Part shown: positions 39,650 to 50,900 of the stretch, in pieces
Layout: each line of letters begins with the position of its first letter
How positions within the stretch are numbered: position 1 is the first letter of the stretch
Assembly (NCBI RefSeq): GCF_006345805.1
Contig: NC_043020.1
Coordinates: forward strand, 2,976,001 to 3,040,000
Reading direction: 5' to 3'
Source: Octopus sinensis
Lineage: Eukaryota
DNA: 64,000 nt
Program-made: the position numbers and the translations under genes
The notes under the pieces: model-generated
Database searches by the model: none
What the model saw: only the letters and a program-made list of their open reading frames with translations
Told to the model about the DNA's origin: nothing

Positions 39650-40757
39650 CACAGCAGTCAACTTCCATACACATTACATGACCATACCAGCTTTGCCTCA
39701 ATTCTTGCACACTACACCTAATTCCTCTTATACCCAGTTTTTTTATAGATCATTTGTACCCTAGCATTCCTGCACAACTAACATTGCATATCCATCAGAG
39801 CATGTTAGTCTCATTTCTTTCTAGTCTTCCCAATGTTGCTACATTCAAAACCCATTTTCTCATTACCATGCAGCATTTCAGTTCTAACACAAACATCACT
39901 CTTCATTCGAGCGGAAAAGACCTTTGTTGGCAGCAAAGGTGGTAGCTCCCTAAACCTTTTCCAATCCATTCTTAGCCTGGCTACTATATTTGCTGAGCAA
40001 CCACCTCCTGGCTAATTATGTCACCTCCTGGCTAATTATTAGAAAGCTCTTGACAACTTCAAGTATGGTACCAAGCATATAAGAGAATAGCGTTGTTCTT
40101 AGTTTGTATTGTTCCATTTCATATTCCAGATGCACCACTTGCCTTCTCTGTTACCTTCTCTTTCATTTCAGTACATCTCTTGTGTGTCTATAGCTTACAA
40201 TGGGTTCTGCATGTGGAGTGCATACCCACCCCAGTTCTTTATACTGACCAAGACCATTTCTCTAAAGGTACCAGGATCCTGTTTTCTTTCCTACTTACTA
40301 ACACCTTAGTCTTGGCTAAGTTTACCTTTCAGTTCCCAGTTTAGCTTCTAAGCTTGGAATTTCTTTTCTAATTTCTCTATAGATTCCTCTATAAAAGGCT
40401 ACATTATCAACATCTAGGAGTCAACATGGACAACCAGTATCAAACTCCTCTGTGATAGCTTGTAAGGAATAGAAGAGAGCTGAGGTCGGAACCTTGATGA
40501 GCCTTAACCTTTATGCTTTACTTACCACATCTTTGTACATAGAATGTACAATTCTGATAACCCATTCATTTGCACTTTGTTTCCTTAGTGATCACTTGAT
40601 TACAGAGGTTGACATTTTGTCAAAAGTCTTCTCACAGTCAATGAATGCTAGGTATAATGGTTTACTCTTAGCTTCAGAAGTTCTCTTGCAGTTGTCTCAC
40701 TAGGAAGACTGCATCTGTGGTACTACTTCTGGGCACAAAGATGAACTGTATCTCATC
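39650..40757 (-). mobile_element. RTE LINE reverse-transcriptase region, decayed
   Basis: QF.FVP.SSTTDAVFLVRQLQE...KPLYLAFIDCEKTFD near 40750, through ELRQSWYGHVMCM near 39680; multiple stops. Confidence 0.85.
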
Positions 40758-42753
40758 TCATACAAGTTAATTCTGTTCTAAATCAATTGTACAATAATTT
40801 TCTGTCTGACCTTCATAGCCTCACCCAACAATATGAGACAACTATAATTTCCTCTCTCACAAGTACTTAGAATTCTCTCTATTTTGGGGGCAGTCAGGTT
40901 TAGTACACTCAAATTACACACACACACACACACACAGTAACATCTCTCTCTCTCTATATATATATATATATGTGTGCATATGTGTGAGTATGTGCATAGA
41001 TTTTCTTGAAACACTGCACCATAAAATATATAGTAAGACTTAATACACACACAGAAACACATATGTTCAAATATATGTGTTTGTGTGTATGTGTGTGTAA
41101 ATAGATAGGTATTATGTGAAAATAAGTTCACATGTAAATCTTTCAGAAAATAATACACCAAATAAAACATAATTTATGCAAAAATGCTTGTTTGTGTATT
41201 TAAAAGCATGTATATGTGAATATGTGTGTGTGTGTGTGTATTTGCATACAAACACAGATATATCTATATGAGTTCTATCAATACATATACACACACATAC
41301 ATATATACATACATAAATATTTACATACACAAATTTTTTTCTTTTTTTTTTTTTTAAATCTATATTACCAAACATTATAATTTACAGCCTTCTGATATCA
41401 AGCTATAAAATAAGCAACAACAACAACAGCAACAACATAAGAAGACATGATACGGGGGGGGAATATGGTTCCAAGGAGATTCAAACAAACTCCACACCAA
41501 AAAGCTTTCAAGAATACTTCAAAGGAAGAAATTCCTGGTTGAATTATTGATAGAGTTTGAAACCTCAAAACGATGATCGTGATGATGATGATCATCATCA
41601 CCGACCCCACTGCCTCCAGCACCACCTCAATCACTATCATCATCATCATCATATTGTCTGTGTGTGTCATAAATCACAGGCAATGTAGCATCCCCACCAC
41701 CCACCTTCTCCCTTACTCTCTCTTCTCTTCTTACTCTCCGTGTATTTCCAACCTCACTCCTGCATCAGACTGTTTAATTTATCACCACCCAAAACATGCT
41801 CTTTCCTTTGTCACTCTGGCTATTGATCTCCTACCATCACCCGGTTTGCTTGCTTATTTATTATCCCCTTCTCTCCTTACTCCCCAACCTATCTACGTGT
41901 ATATCTGTGTGTGTGTGTGATTTCAGTGCTACCTCCAAATTTTTTTTTAAATACTTTCATTTTGCTCTCTCTCTCGCAAACACACACACAAGTTAAGTGT
42001 TAGTTCCATGCAAAACACAAGGATTTTCATCTCTCCCATAGTTCTTACTAACTATTACAAAACAAACAATTTTTTTTACTAACAGAGGCCTCAACTACCT
42101 TCTTTTTTTTTTCAATATTTGCTATTAATATATTCTACAAACTGCCATAACTTCAAAATAGTGAAGTTTTCTCTCTCAGTTGAAAGATCAGACCTACACC
42201 ATTAGGATTCCTTTCTCCCCATGGCATATAAACTACACTGACCAAAGTTTGACAACACAGGCCAACATTAGTCTTCTTGAACTATGCTTTTATATTTGAC
42301 TTTTCCTTTTCTTTTTACTTTTTCTTTCGATGAGTTGCAAGCAGGAATAATACCACAGAGTTGTTGAATCTGCCAAATTTCCCTCAACAAACTTAAATTA
42401 TTTTTGTCACTAAGGATTTGTTTCTTCCACATAAATTCATGTGATTTGGATTGTTTTATTAGCATATATGTTTATTTATTGCCGTAAATGAAAGAGATTT
42501 TGTGAATTAGTAGAATGATAGATGAATGCCTTGGTGTATTTAGTTACAATCATTTGTATTCTGAGTTCAATTCTGGCTGAGATCAACTTTGCCTTTCATC
42601 CTTCTGTGGTCAATAAAACAAACTGCCGATCAAGTACTAGAGTTGCTATAATCAACTGTACCCCATTGCAAAAATGCATGACCTGGATGGCTATCTTAGA
42701 AATTACATTCTGCATTCAAATCCATCAAACTTTTTACAAGGTCAATAAATAAT

Positions 42754-43097
42754 AATTAGAAATTTAATATTTCTAATTTTGGTGATCAGTGAATAAACTT
42801 CACTGAAAATATATATATTTGCGAAGGCTTTACAAGCCTCTTCAGCTAGCAGGCCATGCTACTCCAGACTGATGATGAGCAACACTCAGAAACATGCATG
42901 TCTCTGGATGCAGGCCTGGCTCTTGGGGGGTGCTTGTCTCCCCTTCGTAAATATATAAGGACACAGGAAATGTGTCATGGCCAACAGGAAGCGTTGATGC
43001 TTTATGGGACTGCCACGTTAAGTTGAGAGTATACAACCGCTCTATCGTTCCACCTCCGCTCATATCTCTCTGAGATATCTAGAAATTTAATATTTCT
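42754..43097 (+). mobile_element. 344-bp non-coding hammerhead-bearing retroelement (retrozyme-like or Penelope pLTR-like)
   Basis: Flanked by AATAAATAAT at 42744-53 and 43098-107 (TSD). TAGAAATTTAATATTTCTAAT is repeated at 42757-77 and 43080-100 (period 323). It contains the hammerhead and several hairpins and has no meaningful ORF. Confidence 0.7.
42863..42908 (+). ncRNA. Type-I hammerhead ribozyme motif, complete core
   Basis: Helix I TCCAGA/TCTGGA; CTGATGA 42869-75; helix II TGAG-caaca-CTCA; GAAA 42889-92; self-complementary helix III ACATGCATGT; GUC cleavage triplet, predicted cut after 42902. Confidence 0.88.
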
Positions 43098-43469
43098 AAT
43101 AAATAATCTGTCAAGTTAGAAATGTCGACCCTTGTAGGCTGGATTGAAGCATAAATTAGATCTTGTGCAAAAGATGAAGGCCAGCATTCATAATGTAAGC
43201 CAATGGATAAAGCAGTCAATATACATTATGATAATCTTATTAACAATAAAGAAAGGAAAACAAATGAGGTGTTGGCATAGTTTGTATACAGAGATACATG
43301 GGTAAAATTCATCTATAGGTTATATGTGTATGAGGGTGTATGATATGTATGTGTATATATATATATATATGGATGGCTGGATGGATGGATGTATTCACAT
43401 TACCATTTTGCTGAATCATCCATTGACTCATATGGTAAATACTATATACTGACAGGTAGGATTTAGCAT

Positions 43470-43830
43470 AAACATTAGAACACTTTATATAGTAATATCA
43501 AGTCGGTAGTTCAGGTGAACGGTTTCTTTTCAGAGCCAGTCAATACTGAATGCTCAGTTTGTCAAGGTTGTCCACTTTTGCCCCTGCTGTATGCATTGGC
43601 TCTCTCCAGATAGAGAAGAATTCAAGCGAGGGCAGAGGTGGCAAATGTGATTATAGCATCTGTCATTGCCTACTGCCTAACCATCGTGCCGTGCCCTGAT
43701 TAATGTCTAAACAAGTTAGAATGCATGCTCTTTCACTTCTTATGAGAGGGTAGGCGGCCTCCTGTAAAGCGCTCTATCTGCTGCCAACAGCCACAAAAGG
43801 GTGGGTTAGGGATGCTATGGCTAAAGATAC
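43470..43830 (+). mobile_element. L1/Tx1-clade RT fragments
   Basis: IRTLYSNIKSVVQVNGFFSEP....SVCQGCPLLPLLYALAL and YCLTIVPC...LNKLECMLFHFL...VKRS.....KGGLGM. Confidence 0.75.
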
Positions 43831-44021
43831 ACAGGCATGTGCTGAGGTTGAGGCATCTCTGGCTCTACCTGGAAGGTGAGCAGGTGTAGTCAACCTGGAG
43901 CTATGATAGAAGACACTTGCCTAGGTGGCATGCAATAGAACTGAAACTGAAACCTCATGGTTGAGAAGTAAGCTTTTTAACCACATAGTTATGCCTGCAT
44001 CCATGTATGTGTATCTATGTA

Positions 44022-44052
<31 letters not shown>

Positions 44053-44499
44053 ATTCATATACACGTATTAGTGGATAGATGGATGCATGCATGTACAGGT
44101 ATAAAATATAAAATGTCTAAATTCACTCAGAGTTGTTTTAACTTATCACATATTGCATCTATATTTATAACGAAAGCAATCAATACTTTGTCCCTGTGGC
44201 ACATTAGACATATTTACTTCCATGTATCTGAGAAGGTGGGAGTTCCTGGCAGATTATGCTACTTATTGAAACTAAAATGGTACATCAGAAGCAGAAAGAA
44301 GAAAAAACAGAACAGTCAAAATTCAAAGTAACTATTTTCTGTCGCTGCGAAATAGCAACACACATTTCTATTTGATATTAGTAATTAAAGCTTATCTTTG
44401 ACAATTAAACACTTGTTCGTGCAGCCATTTTGGTTTTCTTTTTGGAATTTTGTTGCTCATTCCATTATTCTTTTATGCCAATATTGTATAACATTTTTT

Positions 44500-44655
44500 T
44501 TGAAACCTGTTTGTTTGAATTTGATAGAGCAATTTTCAATAAGCAGTCCAAAGGTTTCAATTAAAAGGAAAGATGCAAGAGTGTCACCTTTTAGTAGTTC
44601 TGCAAGAATCTCAAAGAAATTTGTGTCACCATCAGATAATAAAACCTGAGTAACA
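44500..44655 (-). mobile_element. RTE RT fragment
   Basis: VLLSDGDTNFFEILAELLKGDTLASF resembles V.SPDG.T.FF.I.AGVLQGDTLAPFLF. Confidence 0.65.
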
Positions 44656-46109
44656 AGATTTCATGTTTAATTATTTGATGATGATACATATTCCTTTTAG
44701 ATTTTATAATAATAATAATAATGATAATAATAATGATAATAACGATGATAGACAAGACAAAGAGCATGATGTGATTGCAATAGATATTTTATTGGTTGAA
44801 CGATATTTTGACAGCAAGCGAGTCTTTGTTGAGTTCAAAATAAAAAGTGATAAAAATTCGAAATAATAGAAATTCAAATCTTTTAGAAATATCGTTCAAC
44901 CAATAAAATATCTATTAAAATTGCATCACACTCTTTGTCTTGTCTGTTTACCTTTGTGAAGAGTTACATCCATCCTTTTAAAATATAATAATAATAATAA
45001 TAAGCTGGCAGAATTATTAGCACATAGGGCAAAATGCTTAGCAGCATTTGGTCCAGCTTTGCACATACTGTATTCAAATTTCCACTGAGGTCATCTTTGC
45101 CTTTTGTCCTTTCAGAGTCAATAACAAAGTACCAGTCAAGCATTAGGGTGAATGTAATCAACAAGGCCCCTCCCGACAAATTTCTGGCCTTGTGTGTTTA
45201 GTAGAAAGAAATCATTGTTGTTGTTGCTATTATTACTATTATTATTATTATTAAGCCAGCAACCTGGCAGAATCATTACTGCACCAGACAAAATGCTTCG
45301 TGGCATTTCTTCTGGCTCTTTACCGTCTGAGTTCAAATGCCACAGAGGTCAACTTTACTTTTTATCCTTTCAGAATCAATAAAATAGCAGCAGTCAAGTT
45401 CTGGGGTCGATGTAATTGACTTTTGCCCCTCCCTTCAAAATTTCAGGCCTTGTGCCTTTAATAGAAAGGATCATTATTATGTGAAGGCAGCGTAGTAGCA
45501 GAAACAATAAAAAGTTAGACAAAACACCTAAAAGTACTTAGAAATTAGTTTCTTAATTATATATGTTTGAAGTTCGAATTTTGGCAGGAAATTAATTATA
45601 TTTTTCATTCTGCCAGAGTCGATAAAATCAGTACCAGTAATACAGAAAGAATCAAACAACCATACATCCTCCTCCACTTTGAAAATTGGCAATGCTGCTG
45701 TGGAAGAAATCAATATTTGCATAGTAGTCATAGAATATCGATACTACTAGCTTCAAACCTCAAAGATATCAGGATTCTAAGATGAGAGATAAGTGGAAAT
45801 CAGTACCAATAACTTTTAGTTATCCTTCAATAAATAAATCATGAAAAGAAATGAAGAATTTTGGTACAACTCATGAGTTGCTTGAAATGGAATCAAAATA
45901 TTGGTGGGTGGGGAAATAAGACTCCAGGGGAAACTAATTGTTGTTTCTGGCAGCAATTTTTTTATTTAAATTTTATTTTTTGTCTGATGCCATGATAAAA
46001 TGCATCAGTACACCGTACACTCTATGAAATGGTTGGTGAATGAGCAGAGACAATGTAAAATGAAAAGAATCCTTTGAATTTACTGAAGAATCTGACCACC
46101 TTTCCAGTG

Positions 46110-46490
46110 TTGGTATCATAACAACATTTGCGTCCCCAAAATCCATCCCCTCCTCTCCGTGGTGAGGATGCTGGCAACGGGTAGTGTCAGAGCTATGCCG
46201 TCGGGGACTTCAGTTCCTGATAGGGCCACCCAAGGCGGATTGGTCTGACACCGAGTGGTATTAGGGCCACAACCCGGCAGACGGGGCTCTGGTGAAAATC
46301 CTCGGAGTGTCTGTTTCGGCAACCGGCGGCTCCTCGGTCGTTCTGTCCCTGCGTCTACGGACAATCTGCGGCAAACAGGATGTCTCTACATGCGGGATTG
46401 TTGGGGACCGCTTGTGAAATCCACATATTCCTACAAAAAATCTTCCATGGTAGAAGCCGATTCAACTCTCCCAGGGTGAATGTTGCCACA
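46110..46490 (+). mobile_element. GC/CpG-rich RTE (Expander/Rex3-like) 5' UTR-like fragment without ORF
   Basis: GAGCTATGCCGTCGGGG...CCTGATAGGGCCACCCAAGGC...GGTC resembles the RTE 5' UTR motif as I recall it; sharp compositional contrast with the flanks. Confidence 0.5.
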
Positions 46491-47659
46491 AGTACAAGTA
46501 GTAAGTACATAATAACATTCATCCACAGGACACTGTATAGTGGTGTGGGTTAAGAAGAGCATCCGGCCATAGAAACCATGCCAAAATAGGAATTTAGAAA
46601 TAAGTTATGTTCCTTGACCTAACTATGGAGAGAGTAACAGCAAATAAGAAATGATAAAGGCAGTAATAATTTGTGCCACCCTTGTCATACTGCTAGTATG
46701 AAAAGCAGATGTAAGACAATGATGACAACGAATGTGAAAAAGTAACATTTTTTAAAGTGTGAATGCCAGTGGGACAGAAAAGTTTCTGATTTTTTTTTAA
46801 TCAAGCCTTTTACTGGAGAGAGATAAATTATATCCTTCGACTACAAAACCATGGCAGTAAGAAAGAATTAGACTGTCTGTGAAGATGTGAGAGATGGATG
46901 GTGGGAAAGAGGGAAAAAGAAAAAAAAAAAGGAAATAAAGGAGACTGGGGCTAGGGTGGAAAAGAAACACCAAACTGTGACTGTAATAATAGACCCAATA
47001 TAATCAAAATTTAGAAATGATATGGTACAAGATGGATGTGAGATCAGTGAAATTTGGGAAAAGTCACAGAAAGATATTTGTCATCTTTTGTTCCATCTTC
47101 AGTTTTGATTTCTTTCTTACTCCAACTTTTCAAACTAAAACTTCACAGATCTGGCCACCACACATTGTTACTGAATGTAACCATTTTTGCTTTCACCAAT
47201 TCATTCGCAGTCATTTTTTTCTCTTTCCATTTCAATTTAAGATCTGAACAAAGTTTTGATGAATTTAGTTTTGATATAAACTTCATCTTAGACTAGTGAA
47301 AAATATTTCCTAAACAACTTCATGTCGTCCATTTTCGGTTCAGGTGACTCAGTTAGCAGTGATGAGTTGAGAGTTGAAACATACTTGCACTGAGAAGCAG
47401 TTTAGACTGTTGGGAAATATGGGGGTGTGTAGTGGGATTACCCTAATTATGCAACAAATGGATGATCTGACAATCTGATATAGCAATGGCTTGATAAAGA
47501 CTGAGTCTGGAGCTGAGTAGGAGGTCAAGGGTATTTGAAATATAAGTTGATAAGTAAGTGTTTGGCTATGAAACATTTTGATTCGTCTTCAATGAGTTTT
47601 AGAAAGCACATCTGGACATGTATGGTGCACATGCATTATTAGTAAATATAGTAGTGTTC

Positions 47660-47905
47660 ACTCAAGTATAGTATCCACCACTGAAGACCAAGTCTGGCAG
47701 TGCAGGCTGCAGTGGTTTGGTTATGTCTGCAAGGTGAGCACTGGAAGACTACCACACCAACTTTTGTGCTGGCAGTGACCCATGCACTGGAGAATCCTGG
47801 ACAGCACACCAAAGAAGATATGAGCAAAATGAATTGAGGAAGACGTGAAGTCACAGGGCCTCGCCCTCGAGCATGCTAAAGCTAGCACCATGGATAGGAA
47901 AGCAT
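47660..47905 (+). mobile_element. RTE C-terminal fragment
   Basis: RLQWFGYVCKV...RLPHQLL.W...PKKI....IEEDVK..GL.LE.AK..TMDRKAW. Confidence 0.7.
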
Positions 47906-50900
47906 GGATGGAATAATGTCATCACCAGAGTCCATCATCCAGTGACATCCACAGCCGTATATTGGTTGCGAGGACAGCCTCCTCCTCTGGTTGCCAGCCA
48001 GGGAGTTTACTTTTTACTTGACTTTAAGTGTAAGATTAGCAGATGTCCAGGGTTAAAATATTTTCCAACCTTGAAAAAATTTAATCTTTGTGATGTAGTC
48101 CTGCCTATTTGAACAATACACAAAAAGTATTTGAAGATTGTTAAGTCAAACATTTGTGATGAATGTGCTAAATATTTAACCAAATATAAATGGGTTTTTT
48201 TTAAAATCCTCAAGGCACTTCTAAGATCCATTGTCCTGACTCTGGTTTCATATTCAATGAATGAAAGACGCATTTTCCCTCTGAATAAAACATATTGGTC
48301 TTTCTCAAATAACATTTTCACATAATTTGGTTCCCATTCCTGATAGCAAGGTTAAGTAGGGTATATAGAATCAAATGCCCCAATTAAATGTACTGTTGCA
48401 GGGAATACAAATTCAATATATTTGATATAATATCAACTTCATTCTACTTCCTGTCGGTTATATTTATCAAAGAAAGGAAAAGAATTCACACCAGGTTTTG
48501 CTAAGTTCCACTGCTATGGAGAGTATAGAATCTTTAAGCAGACAGAATATTTGGAGATAATTTGTAATTATTTTTAATGAAATTATCAATAAGAAATATT
48601 TGGTTTATGTCAATAATATAATTCCAAAACAAAGACAACACCTAATTGAAAATAAATGTTTAATTTTTATCATCTGTTAATTATTGTTGGCGTTAGGAAG
48701 GGCATCCAGCTGTAGAAACACTGCCAGATCAGACTAGGCTTGGTGCAGCCTCCTGGCTTCCCAGACCCCAGTCAAACCATCCAACCCATGCTAGCATGGA
48801 AAACGGATGCTAAACAATGATGATGATGATCTTCTACACAAAGTTGATGAAAATAATGACAGGAAATACAGGTGGGGTGGGGGACTGTGGTAACTTATGA
48901 ATAATGTAGTAAGGCATTTTTGACTAATTTAGTCAAAGAAACCATAATCCTTTATTGTTTTAAATTCAGGTCCTCTTTGACTTGAGAGAGGAAGGGAGAA
49001 AGTTATACCCAGACTGGAAACCTAGTCTGAATGTTCACAACAAGGTGGACTCTGTTAAAGGCATCCAATGACAAAGAGGTTGTACTAAACCTGGTAACAG
49101 ATTAAATCTACCATCAAGAACAGGAATGGCAATCCTTTTGATGGCCTCCTATACAGTTTCCGCCAACTCATAAGGTTTTAGTTGGTCGAACTGAGGCTGT
49201 GGTAGAAAACACTTGTTTGAGGTATTGTGCAGTGGAATTGAACCCAAAACCACATAACCATTTAACGGTACTTCTCAACAGATCAAAATTCATAACAAAA
49301 ATCCAAAATGTTAAATTTATATTTAAATTACTTCTTCCTCTTCATCTTCATCTTGTCACATGCTACGAAAGAAACAAAGCAGCGCAAGACTTTTTAAATC
49401 CAAATAATCCTTGCTAATCCTCTTTTGAAAGTTGTGTCTCAGCATGGTCACAGAACAAGAATATCAATCTAAAGCCTTATCTATCAATGCTTTGCACAGT
49501 TATTCACAACTACCATCACTACCATCACTGTCACCATAACCACAGCTATCATCATCATCATCACCACACTTCAATGCCTACTTTCTTTGTTCAACACAAA
49601 ATACCATTGTCTCGTCGAAATACCTCGTCTTTCCCAGTAAACCCCTAATATTCTCATCACACTGAGCCCATCAGTTCTCCCCACCTTAGTGTACGATCAA
49701 ACCAAACATTATTGTCATTATTATTATTTTGGCTTGTACCCATGGATTTTGCAGGCCCTCTCATGAGGTAGTGGTGATGATGGTGCTGGTGGTGGTGGTA
49801 TGATTATTATGATTTCATCCGTCTTTACGTTCTGAGTTCAAATTCTGCTGAGGTTGGCCTTGCCTTTGATATCTTCGAGGAGGATAAAATAAATGTCAGT
49901 TGAGCACTGGGGTTGATGGAATCAACTTACCCCACCCCAAAATCGCTGGTCTTGTGCCAGAATTTGGAAACATTGTTGTTATTATCACCACTACCAACAT
50001 GGTTAATGTACCCCTTACATAGTTTTGCAAGATGACAGTCACAAGAAAAAAACATGGACATAGACAGAGTATAGAACAAACCTCATAAAGAACTTCATTC
50101 AAAGAGCAACAATTCTTCTGTTTAAACACATGCATTATTATCTATACTATAAATTGTAAAAGCTATCACTACTATCAATACTGTACTATAAACTGTATGA
50201 TTACAACCATTCTATACAACTACTACTAAAATCAATAATAATAATAATAATAATCCTTCCAACAAAAGGCACAAGGCCTGAAATTCTTTCTTTGGTGGTG
50301 GTGGGGGGAAGATAGTCAATTATATCGATCTTAGTGTTTCGCTGGTACTTATTTTATCTGCACTGAAAGGATGAAAGTCAAAGTCATCCCTGGTGGAATT
50401 TGAACTCAGAATGTGTAGACAGATGAAATGCTGCTAAGCATTTTGCCCAGTGTGCTAACGATTCTACCAGCTGGCTGCCTTAATAATAATAATAATAATA
50501 ATAATCCTTTCTACTAAAGGCACAAGACCTGAAATCTGAGGGTGTAGACTAGTCAATTACATTGACCCCAGTGTTTCACGGGTACTTAATATATCAACCC
50601 TGAAAGAATGAAGGGCAAAGATGACCTCAGCAAAATTTGAACTCAGAACGTAGTGGCAGACGAAAAACTGCTAAACATTTTGCCCGGCATGCTAATAATT
50701 CTGCCAGGTCGCCGCCTTAATAATAATAACAATGTCTCCAAATTCTGGCACAAGACCAGCGATTTTGAGGGTGGAGTAAGTTGATTACATCAACCCCCAG
50801 GGCTCAACTGATATTTATTTTATCCACCTCGAAGATATCAAAGGGCTAAGTCAACCCCAGCAGAATTTGAACTCAGAACGTAAAGACGGATGAAATCATA

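Noticed and set aside
42818-42846. Possible antisense hammerhead in the retrozyme-like element (CTGAAGA-GGCT tgtaa AGCC)
   Set aside because: It is followed by TTCGCAAA rather than GAAA, with no helix III or cleavage triplet, so an opposite-polarity ribozyme is not supported.
46110-46245. HDV-like ribozyme fold (P1 GGTATC/GATGCT, L3 TCCTCTCC)
   Set aside because: P3 is mismatched, linkers are the wrong length and J4/2 is non-canonical; left as a computational check only.
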